A program made the translations under genes and the position numbers. From NCBI GenBank assembly GCA_009914755.4, contig CP086569.2, positions 17,984,001 to 18,048,000 of the forward strand: DNA of 64,000 nucleotides, read 5' to 3'. The notes under the pieces are model-generated. The model saw only the letters and a program-made list of their open reading frames with translations. It was not told where the DNA came from and searched no databases. Source of the DNA: the human T2T-CHM13v2.0 reference genome, Homo sapiens. Below are positions 1 through 11,800 of the stretch, in pieces (positions within the stretch are counted from its first letter, which is position 1; each line of letters starts with the position of its first letter).

Positions 1-360
<360 letters not shown>

Positions 361-640
361 CACTTTTTTTTTTTCTATCTTCTGCAACATTCATTTTTTA
401 TTCCTCTTCTGTGCTGGACACACTTACTTTGTCTCTGCTGTGCAGGGCAAACTTCCTGTTTCTCCCTTTTGCCTGACATACTTCCTGTTTCTGCCCTGTG
501 CAGGACACATATATGGCTTTCCCCCTGTGCACCACACACTCTCTGTTTCTCCCCTAGGCAGGACACGCTTTCTGTTACTCTCCTGAGAAAGACACACTTT
601 CCGTTCCTCTCCTGTGCAGGATAAACTTCTTGTGTTTTAG
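361..640. repeat. Satellite block, forward (F) orientation, ~29-31 bp unit with consensus near GTGCAGGACACACTTCCTGTTTCTCCCCT
   Basis: Repeated cacttcctgtttctcc motifs every ~30 bp. Confidence 0.8.
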
Positions 641-644
641 TAGA

Positions 645-2935
645 AGAGTGTCCTGCACAGTGGAGACACAGGGAGCATGTCCTGCACAGGGGAGAAACAG
701 AAAGTGTGTGCTGTATAAGGGAGAAACCAGAAGTGTGTTATCTGCAGTGGTGACACAGGTTGTGTGTCCTACATAGGGGACAAACAGAAAATGTGTCCTT
801 AACAGGGGAGAAGAGCATCCTGCACAGTGAAGGAACATAAAGGGTATGCTGAACAGGGGAGGAACAGAAAGTGTGCCCTGAACAGAAGAGGAACAGAAAG
901 TGCATCCTGCCTAGAAGAGTAACAGGAAGTTTGTCCTGCACAGGGGAGAAACAGGAAGTGTGTCCCCAGCAGGGAAGACACAGGAAGTGTCTCCCTAACA
1001 TGGGAGAAAAAGGAAGTGTGTCCTTAACAGGGGAGAAATAGGAAGTATTTCCTGCACAGTGGAGACACAGAAAATATGTCCAGCAGAGGGGAGGAACAAG
1101 AAGTGTGTCCTACACAGTAGAGGTGCAGAAAGTGTGTGCTGCATGGGGGTGAATGAAGAAGTGTGTCTGCCAGAGAGGAACTACAGGAAGTGTCTCCAGT
1201 AGAAGAAAGAAACAGGAAGTATGCCCTGCCTAGTGGAGGAAGAGAAATTTTGTCCTCCACAGGGGAGAAACAGGAAGTTTGCTTTTAACTGGGTAGAAAC
1301 AGGAAGTATGTCCTTTTCAGTGGAGAAAAAGAATGTATGTGGGGCACAAGGGAGAAAGAGGAAGTATGACCCTACAGGGGAGACACAGGAAGTGTGTCCT
1401 GGAGAGGGAGAAACAAGAAGTGTATGGAGCACATGGAGAAAAAGGATGTATGTGGGGCACAAGGGAGAAAGTGGAATTATGACCCCACAGGGGAGACACA
1501 GGAAGTGTGTCCTGGAAAGGGAGAAACAAGAAGTGTGTGGAGCACATGGGAGAAACAGGAAGTGCATCCTTAACAGGACAAACAAGAAGTGTGTCCTGAA
1601 CAGGTTAGGAAGAGTAAGTATGTACCCGACAGAGAAGACACAAGAACTGTGTTCTTAGCAGGGGAGAAACAGGAAGTGTGTCCTTAGCTGAGGAGAAACT
1701 GCAAGTGTGTCCTTAACAGGAGAGAAATAGGAAGTGTGTCCTGCACAGTGGAGGAACAGAAAGTGTGTGTTATGTAGGGGAGAAAGAGAAAGTGTATCCC
1801 CCAAAGAGGAGAATCAGGAAATGTGTCTTGCACAGGAAAGGAGCAGAAAGTGTCTGCTGCACAGGGGAGAAACCAGAAGTATGTTACCCTTAGTGGGGAC
1901 AAAGAAAGTGTGACCTGGAACAAAAAATAGGAAGTGTGTCCTTAACAGGAGAAATAGGAAGTATGTCTTGCACAGAGGAGGAACAGAAAGTTTTTGCTGT
2001 ACTGGGAAGAATCAGGAAGTGTGTCTTGCACAGAAGAAAAACAGAAAGTATGTTCTGCCTAGAGAAGTAATAGCAAGTGAGTCGGCCACAGTGGAGACAA
2101 AGGAAGTGTGTCCTGCAAAGAGGAGGAACAGGAAGTTTGTCTGCCTCAGGAGAGTAACAGGAAATATGTTCCTTCTCTTGCAGAGAGGAGGAACAGAAAA
2201 TATGTTGCACAGAGGAGATGCCAAAAGTCTGTTACCTACAGTGGTGACACAAGAAGTGTGTCCTATGTAGGGGAGAAACAAGAAGTGTGTCCCACACAAG
2301 AGAGACACAGAAACTGTGTCCTGCAAAGGAAAGGAACAGAAAGTGTGAGCAGCAAAGGGAAGAAACAGGAAATGTGCCCCTCACAGGGAAGACATAAGAA
2401 TTGTGTCCTGCACAGGAAAGTAACAGAAAGTATGTTAGGCACAGCATAGAAGCAGGAAGTGTGTCCTGCACAGAAGAGGAACAGAGAGTGTGTTGCACGT
2501 GAGAGAAACCAGAACTGTGTTACACACAGGGGCGACAGAGGAAGTGTGTCCTGCACGTGGGAGAAAGAGGAAGTGAGTCCCACACAGATGAGACACAGGA
2601 AGTGTGTTCCACACAGCAAAGACACAGGAAGATTGTGCTGCACAGGGGAGAAAGAGGAAGTGTGTGCTGCACAGGGGAGAAACAGAAAGTATGTCCTGCA
2701 CAAGGGAGGAACAGGAAGTGTGGCCTGCTTAAGGAAGAAAAAGAAAGTTTGTACTGCACAAGCAATGATGAAACAGTGCGTCCTGCACAGAAGAGGAATA
2801 GAAAGTGTGTGCTACACCAGGGAAAAACAGGCAGAGTGTCATGAACATGAAACACAGGAAGTGTGTCCTGCACAGAGGAGGAACAGAAAGTGTGTGCTGG
2901 ACAGGGGAGGAACAGGAAGTGTGTCCTGAACCAAA
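645..2935. repeat. Satellite block, reverse (R) orientation (ggagaaacaggaagtgtgtcctgcacag units)
   Basis: Same unit as 361-640 but reverse-complemented, ~75 copies. The six-frame ORFs across it (e.g. 2459-2929, 1221-1658) are periodicity artefacts. Confidence 0.85.
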
Positions 2936-3129
2936 GATGAACAGAAAGTGCCTCCTGCCCAGTAAAGTAACAGGAATGAAATAGTTAAATTTTTGGTTTT
3001 AATTTAAGTTTTAGAAAATTACCAAAAAAGAAGCATATACAAAATCCAGAGTGTAAACTTCCCATGTTTGAGAAAACAGTGAATAGCCAGAGAATGGTCA
3101 GTGACACTACCTGAGATACTGCAGTCATG

Positions 3130-3350
3130 TGGGCGCATTTCTTTCACATTGCCCTCCACCCTAGAAGGTTGACATGGGTAAGAGAGGGAGGGGCAGGGAG
3201 AGTGCGTGGGTCTGTCTGTCTGGAGCTGTTGGCAAGACTGCACAAACAGCAGTGTTCATGTGATGCCACCTATTGTTTCATCCCACCCTGCTATCAGGAG
3301 GCATTGTAGTACCTCTGCAGTACTCAAAGGCATAATCTGAATGAACTTGA
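3130..3350 (+). repeat. Copy 1 of the ~215 bp direct duplication in the spacer
   Basis: ccctccaccctagaaggttgacatgggtaagagagggaggggcagggagagtgcgtgggtctgtctg... recurs at 3655-3860. Confidence 0.7.
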
Positions 3351-3477
3351 AAATAACCTGAAGTCTGTGATGCTAACCTAAATTTTAAAGAAGGTGACAA
3401 ACATACTGTCCTCATTAGTGCTGTCCAATTTCCACATTCAGAAGTCTGGTTGTCATTTGGAAGAATCTGTTCTCTGT

Positions 3478-3650
3478 GCCTGGTCGAGCACAGTGGGTGG
3501 CTTATGCCTGTAATACCAGCACTTTGGGAAGTCAAGGCAGTTGGATCACTTGAGGTCAGGAGTTCAAAACTAGTCTGGCCCACATGGTGATACCCCATCT
3601 CCATAAAAAATACAAAAATTATCCAGGTGTGGTGGTGCACGCCTGTTGTG
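3478..3650 (+). mobile_element. 3'-truncated Alu fragment (left monomer and linker)
   Basis: ggtcgagcacagtgggtggcttatgcctgtaataccagcactttgggaagtcaaggcag...ccaggtgtggtggtgcacgcctgt. Confidence 0.8.
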
Positions 3651-3654
3651 GATG

Positions 3655-3860
3655 CACTTTTTTACGTTACCCTCCACCCCAGATGGTTGACACAGGTAAA
3701 AGAAGGGCAGGGAGAGTTCATGGGTCTGTCTGGAGCTGTTGACAAGATTGTCCTAACAGTAGTGCTCATGTGATGCCATCTGTTGTTTCACCTCACCTGG
3801 CTATCAGGGGGCATTATAGTACCTCTTCAGCACTCAAAGGCATAGTCTGAGTGAACTCCT
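3655..3860 (+). repeat. Copy 2 of the ~215 bp direct duplication in the spacer
   Basis: Aligns with 3130-3350. Confidence 0.7.
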
Positions 3861-6800
3861 ACCATGTGCCTGACACACTTCCTGTTTCTTCCCTGCTTAG
3901 AGCACACTTGCTGTGTCTCCTCTGTATGGGACACATTTCTTGTTTTTCCCCTGTGCAGCACACATTTTCTGTTTCTCCCTGTGCATGACACACTTACTGC
4001 TTCTCCTCTGTGCACTACACACATCCTGTTCCTCTCCTGTGCAGTTCACTCTTTCTGTTCCTTGGCTGTACAGGACATATTTCTTCTTAGTCTCCTGAGA
4101 TAGACCCACTTCCTGTTCTTCTTCTGTTCAGGACATACTTCCTATGTCTCCTCTGTGCATGCCACACTTCCTATTTCCGCCCTGTGAAGCACACACTTTC
4201 TGTTCCTCTGCTGGACATGCCACGCTTCCTATTTCTGACCTGTGCAGTACACACTTTCTGTTCCTCCTCTGTGCAGGGTGCACTTTCTGTTCTTCCCATG
4301 TGCCTGACACACTTTTTGTTTCTTCTCTGTGCAGGACACACTTCCTAAGTATCCCCTGTGAGAGACACACTCCGTCTTTCTCCTCTGTGTAGCACACACT
4401 TTCTATTCCTACACTCTGCAGGACACACTTCCTGTGCATCCCTTGTTCATGACACTTTTCTTGTTTCCTGGTGCAGCATGCACTTTCTGTTTCTCCTCTG
4501 TTCAGGACCCACTTCCTGTTTTTTCCCTGAGCAAGACACACTTCCTTTTTCCCCGTGTGCAGCACAAACTTTCTGTTACTCTCCTGAGGCAGACACACTT
4601 ACTATTCCTCCCCTGTGCAGGACATACTTTCTGTGTCTCCCCTGTACGTGCCACACTTCGTGTTTCTGTCCTGTGCAGCGCATACTTTCTGTTCCTGCTC
4701 TTTGCAGGACACACTTCCTGTTTTTCCCATGTACCTGACACACTTCATGTTTCCTGTCTGTGTAGGACACACTTCCTGAGTCTCTCCTGTGAGAGACACA
4801 GGTCCCCTTTCTCCTCTGTGTAGCACACACTTTCTGTTCCTCTCCTCTGCAGGACACACTTCCTGTGTGTTCCTTGTTCATTGGACTTTTCTTGTTTCTT
4901 TGCATTGCAGCACATACTTTCTGTTTCTTTTCTGTTCAGGACACACTTCCTATTTCTCCTCTGTACACCACACACTTCCTGTTCCTCCCATCTGCAGGGC
5001 ACACTTCCTGTGTCTCTCCTGTGTGGAACATACTTCCTTTTGCTCCCCTGTGCAGCACATTTCCTGTTCCTCCTCTTTCATGACGTACTTCCTGAGTCTT
5101 CCCTGTGCATGCCACTCTCCTGTTTCTCCCCTGTGCAGGACACCTTCCTGTGTCTTTCCCGTGAGAGACATAGCTCCTCTTTCTCCTTGTTGCAGCATAC
5201 ACTGTCTGTTCCTCCACTATGCAGGACACACTTTCTGTATGTTCCTTGTTCATGACATTTTTCCTCTTTGTCCCCAGTGCACCACACACTTTCTGTTCCT
5301 TCTCTGTTCAGGACACACTTCTTGTTACTCCCATGTGCCTGACACACTTTCTGTTTCTTCCCTTTATGGAACACACTTCCTGTGTCTCCGCTCTGTGGGA
5401 AACACTTCTTGTTTTTCTTCTGTGCAGCACATGTTTTTTGTTCCTCCCCTGTGCATGACACCTTTTCTGTTTCTCCCATGTGCCTGGCACATTTCCTGTT
5501 TCTTCCTTGTGCAGGACACACTTTCTGTTACTTTCCTGAGACAGACCCACTTACTGTGACTCTCCTGTGAGAGACACACTTCCTGTGTCTCTGTTGTGCA
5601 TGCCACACTTCCTGTTTTGGCTCTGTGGAGCATACACTTTTTGTTCTTCCTTTGTGCAGGACACACTCCTGTGTTTCCCATGTGCCTGAAATACTTCCTG
5701 TTTCTCCTGTGTTCGGGACACAATTTGTGAGTCTCACCTGTGAAAGACACACTTCCTCTTTCTCCTCCGTGTAACACATACTTTCCGTTCCTTCACTGTG
5801 CAGGACACACTTCCTGTATGTCCCTTGTTCATGACACTTTTCTTTTTTCTCCCCTGCAAAGCACACACTTTCCTTTCCTCCTCTGTTCAAGACACACCTC
5901 CTATTTCTCCCATGTGCCTGACACACTTCCTGTTTCTTCCCTTTGCTGGACACACTTCCTTTGTCTCCCCTGTGTGGGAAATACATCTTGTTTTTCCACT
6001 GTGCAGCACACACTATCTGTGCATTATACACTTCCTGTCTCTCCCATATACCTGACACACTTCCTGCTTTTTCCCTGTGCAGAACACACTTCTTGTTACT
6101 CTCCTGAAACAGACACACTTCCTATTCTTCCTCCTGTGTAAGACATAGTTTTTGTGTCTCTCCTGTGAGGGACACACTTCGTTTTTCTCCCCTGAGCAAC
6201 ACACACTTTCTGTTCTTTGTGCAGGACACTTTCTGTTTCTCCCATGTGCCTGACACGTTTCCCATTTCTCCCTTGTGCAGGACACTTTTCCTGTGTCTCT
6301 CTTATGAGGGACACATTTCCTCTTTCTCCTTTGTGCAGCACAAATTTTCTGTTCCTCCACTGTGCAGGACACAGTTCCTGTATGTCACATATTTATGGCA
6401 CTTTTTATGTTTCTCCCCAGTGCAGCAGACACTTTCTGTTCCTCCTCTGGTTGGAACACACTTCCTGCTTCTCCCATGTTCCTGTTACACTTCTTGTTTC
6501 TTACTGGTGCCTGAGACACAGTTCCTCTGTTTTCCCTGTGAGGGACATACTTCTTTCTCTTCTGTGCAGCACACAATTTCTCTTCTACTATGTGGGATGC
6601 ACTTCTTGTGTATCTCCTGTTCATGACACTTCCTGTTTCTTCCAAGAGCAGCACACGCTTTCTGGTCCTCATCTGTGCAGGACACACTTTCTTATTCTCT
6701 CTGTGCAGAACACACTTCCTGTTTCATCTCAGAACAGGCCACACTTCCTGTTTTTCCCCTGTGTAGCACACACTTTTCTTCCTTTTCTTCAGGACACACT

Positions 6801-8105
6801 TTCTGTTTCTCTGCTATGCCCAACATATTTCCCATTTCTTCCATGTGCAGGACACACTTCCTGTGTTTCTCCTGTGACACAGGAGAAAAAGGATACACTT
6901 CCTTTTTCTTCCCTGTACAGCCCACACTTTCTGTTCCTTCCCTGTGCAAGACACACTTCCTTATTTCCCCTATGCAGGACACACTTCCTTTTCTCTCCTA
7001 TGCAGGATACACTTTCTATGTCACTGTAGACGTTAGCACACATCTGGTTTCTTTCCTGTGCAGCTCACTTTCTGTTCCTCCTCTGTACTGGACACACTTT
7101 CTGTTCCTCCATTGTCCCAACACATTTCCTGTTTCTCCCTTGTGCCCGACACAGTTCCTGTTTCTCCCTTGTACCTGATGTCCCCTCTGAGGGACACAAT
7201 TCTTATTTCTCCCCTGTGCAGCACTCACTTCTTGCTCCTTCCCTATGCAGCAAACACTTCTGTGTCTCCCCTGTGGGTAATACACTTCCTGTTTCTCCTC
7301 TGTGCAACACACTTTCTGTTCCTCTCATGCACAGGACACACTGTTTCTCTCCTCAGCAAGACACACTTCCTGTGTCTACCCTGTGAGGGACACAGTTCCT
7401 CTCGCTCCCTTGTGCAGCCCACGCTTTCTGTTCCTTCTCTGTGCAGGAAAAACTTCCTGTTACTGTGCTGTACATTCCACACTCCCTGTTACTCCCCTGT
7501 GCAGCACACGTTCTGTTCCTTCCATGTGCCTGACATACTGTTTCTCTTCTCTGCAGAACACACTTCCTCTTTCTCCCCTGCTCCTCATACGCTGTTATTC
7601 TCAAAAGACAGACACATTTCCTGTTTTCCCCTCTTTAGGATGTACTTTCTATTTCTCTTCTGTCCTGGACACACTTCCTGTTTCTCTACTGTTTGGGACA
7701 CACTTCTGGTTTTTCCCTTGTGCAGCAAACACTATTCTTCCTTTCTGCAGGACACTCCTTCTGTTTCTCTCCTATGCAGAACACACTTTCTGGCCCTCCA
7801 ATATGCAAAAACTTTTCCTATTTCTCCCCTGTGGGGGACACACTTCCTCTTTTTCTTCTATTCCTGACACACTTCTTCTTTCTTCTTTGAACTGGCCATA
7901 CTTCCTGTTCTTCTTCTGTTGCCACACTTCCTGTTTCTACCATGTGCCCAACATACTTCCTGCTTCTTCTGTCTGTACAACTATTTCCTGTGTCTTCCTT
8001 TGGGGGACACAGTTCCTCTTTCTACCCTGTGCAGCACACTTTCTATTCCTCCACTGCAGGACTGACTTTCTGTTCCTTTTCTGAGTAGGATATATTTCCT
8101 GTGTC
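3856..8105. repeat. Satellite block, forward orientation, ~140 units, with an apparent ~370-430 bp higher-order periodicity
   Basis: Unit cctgtgcaggacacacttcctgtttctcc alternates with cctgtgcagcacacactttctgttcctcc. Variant motifs such as cctgtgagagacacac and cttgttcatgacacttttcttgtttc recur at ~370-430 bp spacing. The long ORFs here (4789-5559, 6217-7029, 7058-7867, 7302-8084) are artefacts. Confidence 0.85.
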
Positions 8106-8620
8106 TCTGTGAGAAACAAGTATGTCAAGCACAGGGGAGGAACAGAAAGTGTGTGCTGCACAAGGGAGAAACCAAAAGAGTGTCATGAACAGGGGACATA
8201 CAGGAAGTGTGTCCTGCACAGTAGGCCAACAGAAAATATGTGCTGCACAGTGGAAAATAAGGAAGTGTGTCCCCCAAATGGGAGACACTGGCAGTGTTTC
8301 CTGCAGAGGGGAGAAACAGGAAGTGTGTCAGGCACATGGGAGAAACAGAAAGTGTGTCCTTAACAGGGGAAGAACAGGAAGTGTGGCCTCTTCAAGGAAG
8401 AAAGAGGAAGTATGTCCTGCACAACAGAGACATAAGAAGTGTGTCCTGCACAGGGAAGGAAGAGAGAGTGTGTGCTGCACAGGGGAAAGGCCAGAAGTGT
8501 GTTACCCACAGGGGCGACACAGAAAGTGTGTTTGGCCTAAGGGAGAAACAGGAAATGTATCCTTAAAAGAGGAGAAACCGGAAGTGTGTCCTTAACAGGG
8601 GAGAAATAGGAAATATTCAA
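8106..8620. repeat. Satellite block, reverse orientation
   Basis: ggagaaacaggaagtgtgtcctgcacag units. The array ends near 8620 and gives way to AT-rich unique sequence. Confidence 0.8.
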
Positions 8621-9579
8621 AGAATATTTCCATATATTTAATTTATATATCATTGGTTTTGTTTACATATAGCTGTATATGTGTGTGTTTATACATATTT
8701 ATTCAAAATAGGCTTGTCTACAAAGCAAATTAACATGTTATTAATATATTATAAAATCACACATACACGCATATACACATCATTCTGAGAAAAAAGAAAG
8801 ACAGTAATTTCTTCACTTTTTAGTAGAACTCACAATAAACTTTCAATGGAGATGCTTTTTTAAGAAAAACATTTAACAATTTTTTAAAAAACTTTAAGTT
8901 TTTTTTAAAAATCTTTTTTAAAAAAAACTTTAAAGCATTCTGTCCATAAATGTAGAGTTCAAAGCTCTGTCATCTCCAGTTTTATTATTATTATTGTTAA
9001 AATGTGGCACCCTTCTCATATTTTGTCATTCATCTAACTTTGATGATTGTATTTGAGGTAGAAAACAAACTTTTTAATGGTGGTGGAGTGAGAATAACAT
9101 ATGAAATGTGATACATGACTTAACACACACAGACTGGTTTCAGGAATATTGATGGATGTTTGTCCCAACACATGTCTGCAAATGCCTTTTCTCCCCATGC
9201 AGATGAGAGAATTTGACAGGTCTTGCAGTTGAGGGCCATCTGATGATAGCTGTGGAATCTAACGTGTCTTGAGTTTCCTAGGGTTTGTCTTCTTTAGCTG
9301 TGTTAGGATGATGGAGACAAGTCTCTCAGTTGCCTGTGAATCCTTTTATACATTATTCAAGAAGGTTTGATGGTAGAATAAATTACTCTAGTACTAACCG
9401 AGGTCTCTCTACAAACCCATGATAAATCATTTTCTATTTGAAAAGCTAACCATTTATCACAAAAAATAAGTAAATAAATTATCCTCTTCTGAGGACTCCA
9501 ATATATACACATTGAATAAATTGGCCTGCCTTTTCTCTTATTAAAAAATAAAAATAAATAAAAAGTAAATTCTCCTCTT

Positions 9580-9625
9580 TAGGTGTGTGTGTGTGTGAGA
9601 GAGAGTGTGTGTGTGTTTGTGTCTT
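9580..9625. repeat. (GT)n(GA)n(GT)n compound microsatellite
   Basis: ggtgtgtgtgtgtgtgagagagagtgtgtgtgtgtttgtgtc. Confidence 0.9.
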
Positions 9626-11104
9626 CTGATGGAACCTACATTTTTCCCTTCCCAAATGTGTCTGATTCCTCATTTTCTCCATTTATTATATATGTATCAA
9701 TAAAACATTTTTCTTTCTTGTATCTGGACCATTTTGAAGAGCTGAACCCTTTTTTCTTACAATATTTCATTATCCATTTGCAAACTGAACAGCTGAAAGG
9801 ATAATGGACACCTACATGAGGTTCAACGTGGCTTACTCAAGGGTATCTGACCCTACACAAAAAGTAGAACCATTTTACCATTAAATTAAAAGATTTAGAT
9901 AGCTAATCAGAACAAATGAAACTACAAAAAGGATTTTTTTTTACCATAATTGTACATTTCATTTTGTTTCAGTTAGAGGGTTCATTGCAGCAGTGCCTGC
10001 TGTGTTGTTTAATTTTCGGATCTATGTTGATGTGAGCTCTGCATTACCATGAACCCAAACATCAGAAATCCAAAGATCTTGTGTTAACATTTACTATTAG
10101 ACACATGATGAAAGCAAGTTTAAAGGTACTTACTTATGCCTGACAAATATCTTTTAATTTTTTCAAACTAATTTTAAAGACTTGAAAGGGCCTTTTATAA
10201 ACTGCTTCTACAAATAACTGAAATAATTCCAAATGGGACAGTGGGCCAGCTCAATTTTGAGGATATTGGTGAGGAGAAGTTATGAAAGGAAGAAATTTAA
10301 ACATCAGAAGTCTAGGGTGGTAATTTCATGGAAAGACATACCCAAAGTCATAAATATCACAATCCTCAGAATGTACTAAAACAAGATCTTGTATTTATGT
10401 TTGTGTTTTTTGTTTATTCTTAATAACACTCAGGTTAGACAGGAATGTTAAGCTGTTCATTATTGTATCTAAGGAGCCCATATTTATAACTCCTTACCTG
10501 CAAGACATTTCAATCTATGTCATTGCTATATCACACATATCAGGAAAAAAGCTTCCATGATTTTCTCTTTAGAATGTTTCATCTTTTCAACACACACACA
10601 CATACATCATTCGTTTTATTTGTTTATTTGTTTTGTTTTCTATTAACAATGACTTTGAAATAAGAACACTTGATTTTCAGACACATAAATCTACATTATG
10701 AAATGTTTGTTTACAGCATTTCTAGTTAACACCTATTCATAGGTCACCATCCATGGATGTGAAGGACATTTAAAAACACTAGATGATTTGCTCACTTTTG
10801 GAGAACATACTATCAACCAACTTGAATAATTATTTTAGAACTGAAATGTCCTATATGGTATCTGATAGTCAAAAGTGACTATTCTACCATGAAATAAAAT
10901 GAAATCAAATTTAAAACTCTAGTTTCTCAGTCACACTAGCTGTAGTTCAAGGGATCAATAGTCACATTTCAAGGGATCAATAGTTTCCTGAACATGATAT
11001 AACAAATGACCTGAAACAGTGCGGTTTAAACCAGACTTTCTTTCTGTCTCACAGTTCTGGAGGCCAGAAATTGAAGATCAAGGTCACAGCATGATTGGTT
11101 CATT

Positions 11105-11350
11105 TTGAAATCTTGAAGGAAGAAACTATTATGTGCCTCCCTCTCAATTTATGGTGATGATTGTTGGTTCTTGGCATTATTTGGCTTGTGGCTGTATCTC
11201 TCCTATATCTGCGTCCATCGTCAAAGGGTATACTTACTGGGTGTCTCTATATCCAGTTTCTCTTTTTCTTGTAAAGACACCAGTCATTCAATGCCAGCCC
11301 ACTTTAATTCAGTATGAATGCACTTTAACTTGACTACATCCGCAAAGCCC
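11105..11350 (+). mobile_element. MaLR (MLT1-type) LTR fragment
   Basis: tggcttgtggctgtatctctcctatatctgcgtccatcgtcaaag...aagacaccagtcattcaatgccagcccactttaattcagtatgaatgcactttaacttgactacatccgcaaagcccctgt resembles the MLT1 consensus. Confidence 0.5.
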
Positions 11351-11354
11351 CTGT

Positions 11355-11552
11355 GTATTAGTCCGTTCTCAGATTGCTATGAAGAAATACCTGAGACTGG
11401 GTAATGTAAACAGAAAAGAGATTCAATTGTCTCAGGGTTCTGCAGGCTATACAGGAAGCATGGCATCATCTGATTCTGGGGAGGCCTCAGGGAGTTTTTA
11501 TTTATGGAGGAAGGCAGCAGTGAGAGCAGGTGTCTCACATGGCATAAGCAGA

Positions 11553-11584
<32 letters not shown>

Positions 11585-11800
11585 TGACGGAGGTGCCACA
11601 CACTTCTAAACAACCAGGTTTCATGAGAACTCACTGACTATACAGTACTGGTTGTGGTGGGGTGGGGCTAAACCATTCATGAGAAATCTGCCCCATGATC
11701 CAGTCACCTCCCTCCAGGCCTTATCTACAACACTGAGGACTACAATTCAACATGAGATTTGGGAAGGGACAGAGAGTGAAACTGTATTGCTCTAATTACA
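11355..11800 (-). mobile_element. THE1/MST-family (MaLR) solo LTR with an internal (GA)n expansion
   Basis: gtattagtccgttctcagattgctatgaagaaatacctgagactgggtaat...gaggcctcagg...catgagaactcactgact...tcaacatgagatttgggaagggacag matches the reverse complement of the THE1 consensus. The (GA)n sits at 11548-11585. Confidence 0.75.

Larger units (their letters stand above)
2936..3855. other. Non-satellite spacer separating the R block from the following F block. It contains a ~215 bp direct duplication flanking a truncated Alu.
   Basis: The ~30 bp periodicity is lost here. The 3130-3350 copy is about 85-90% identical by eye to the 3655-3860 copy, and the second copy runs directly into the F array. 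Confidence 0.7.
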
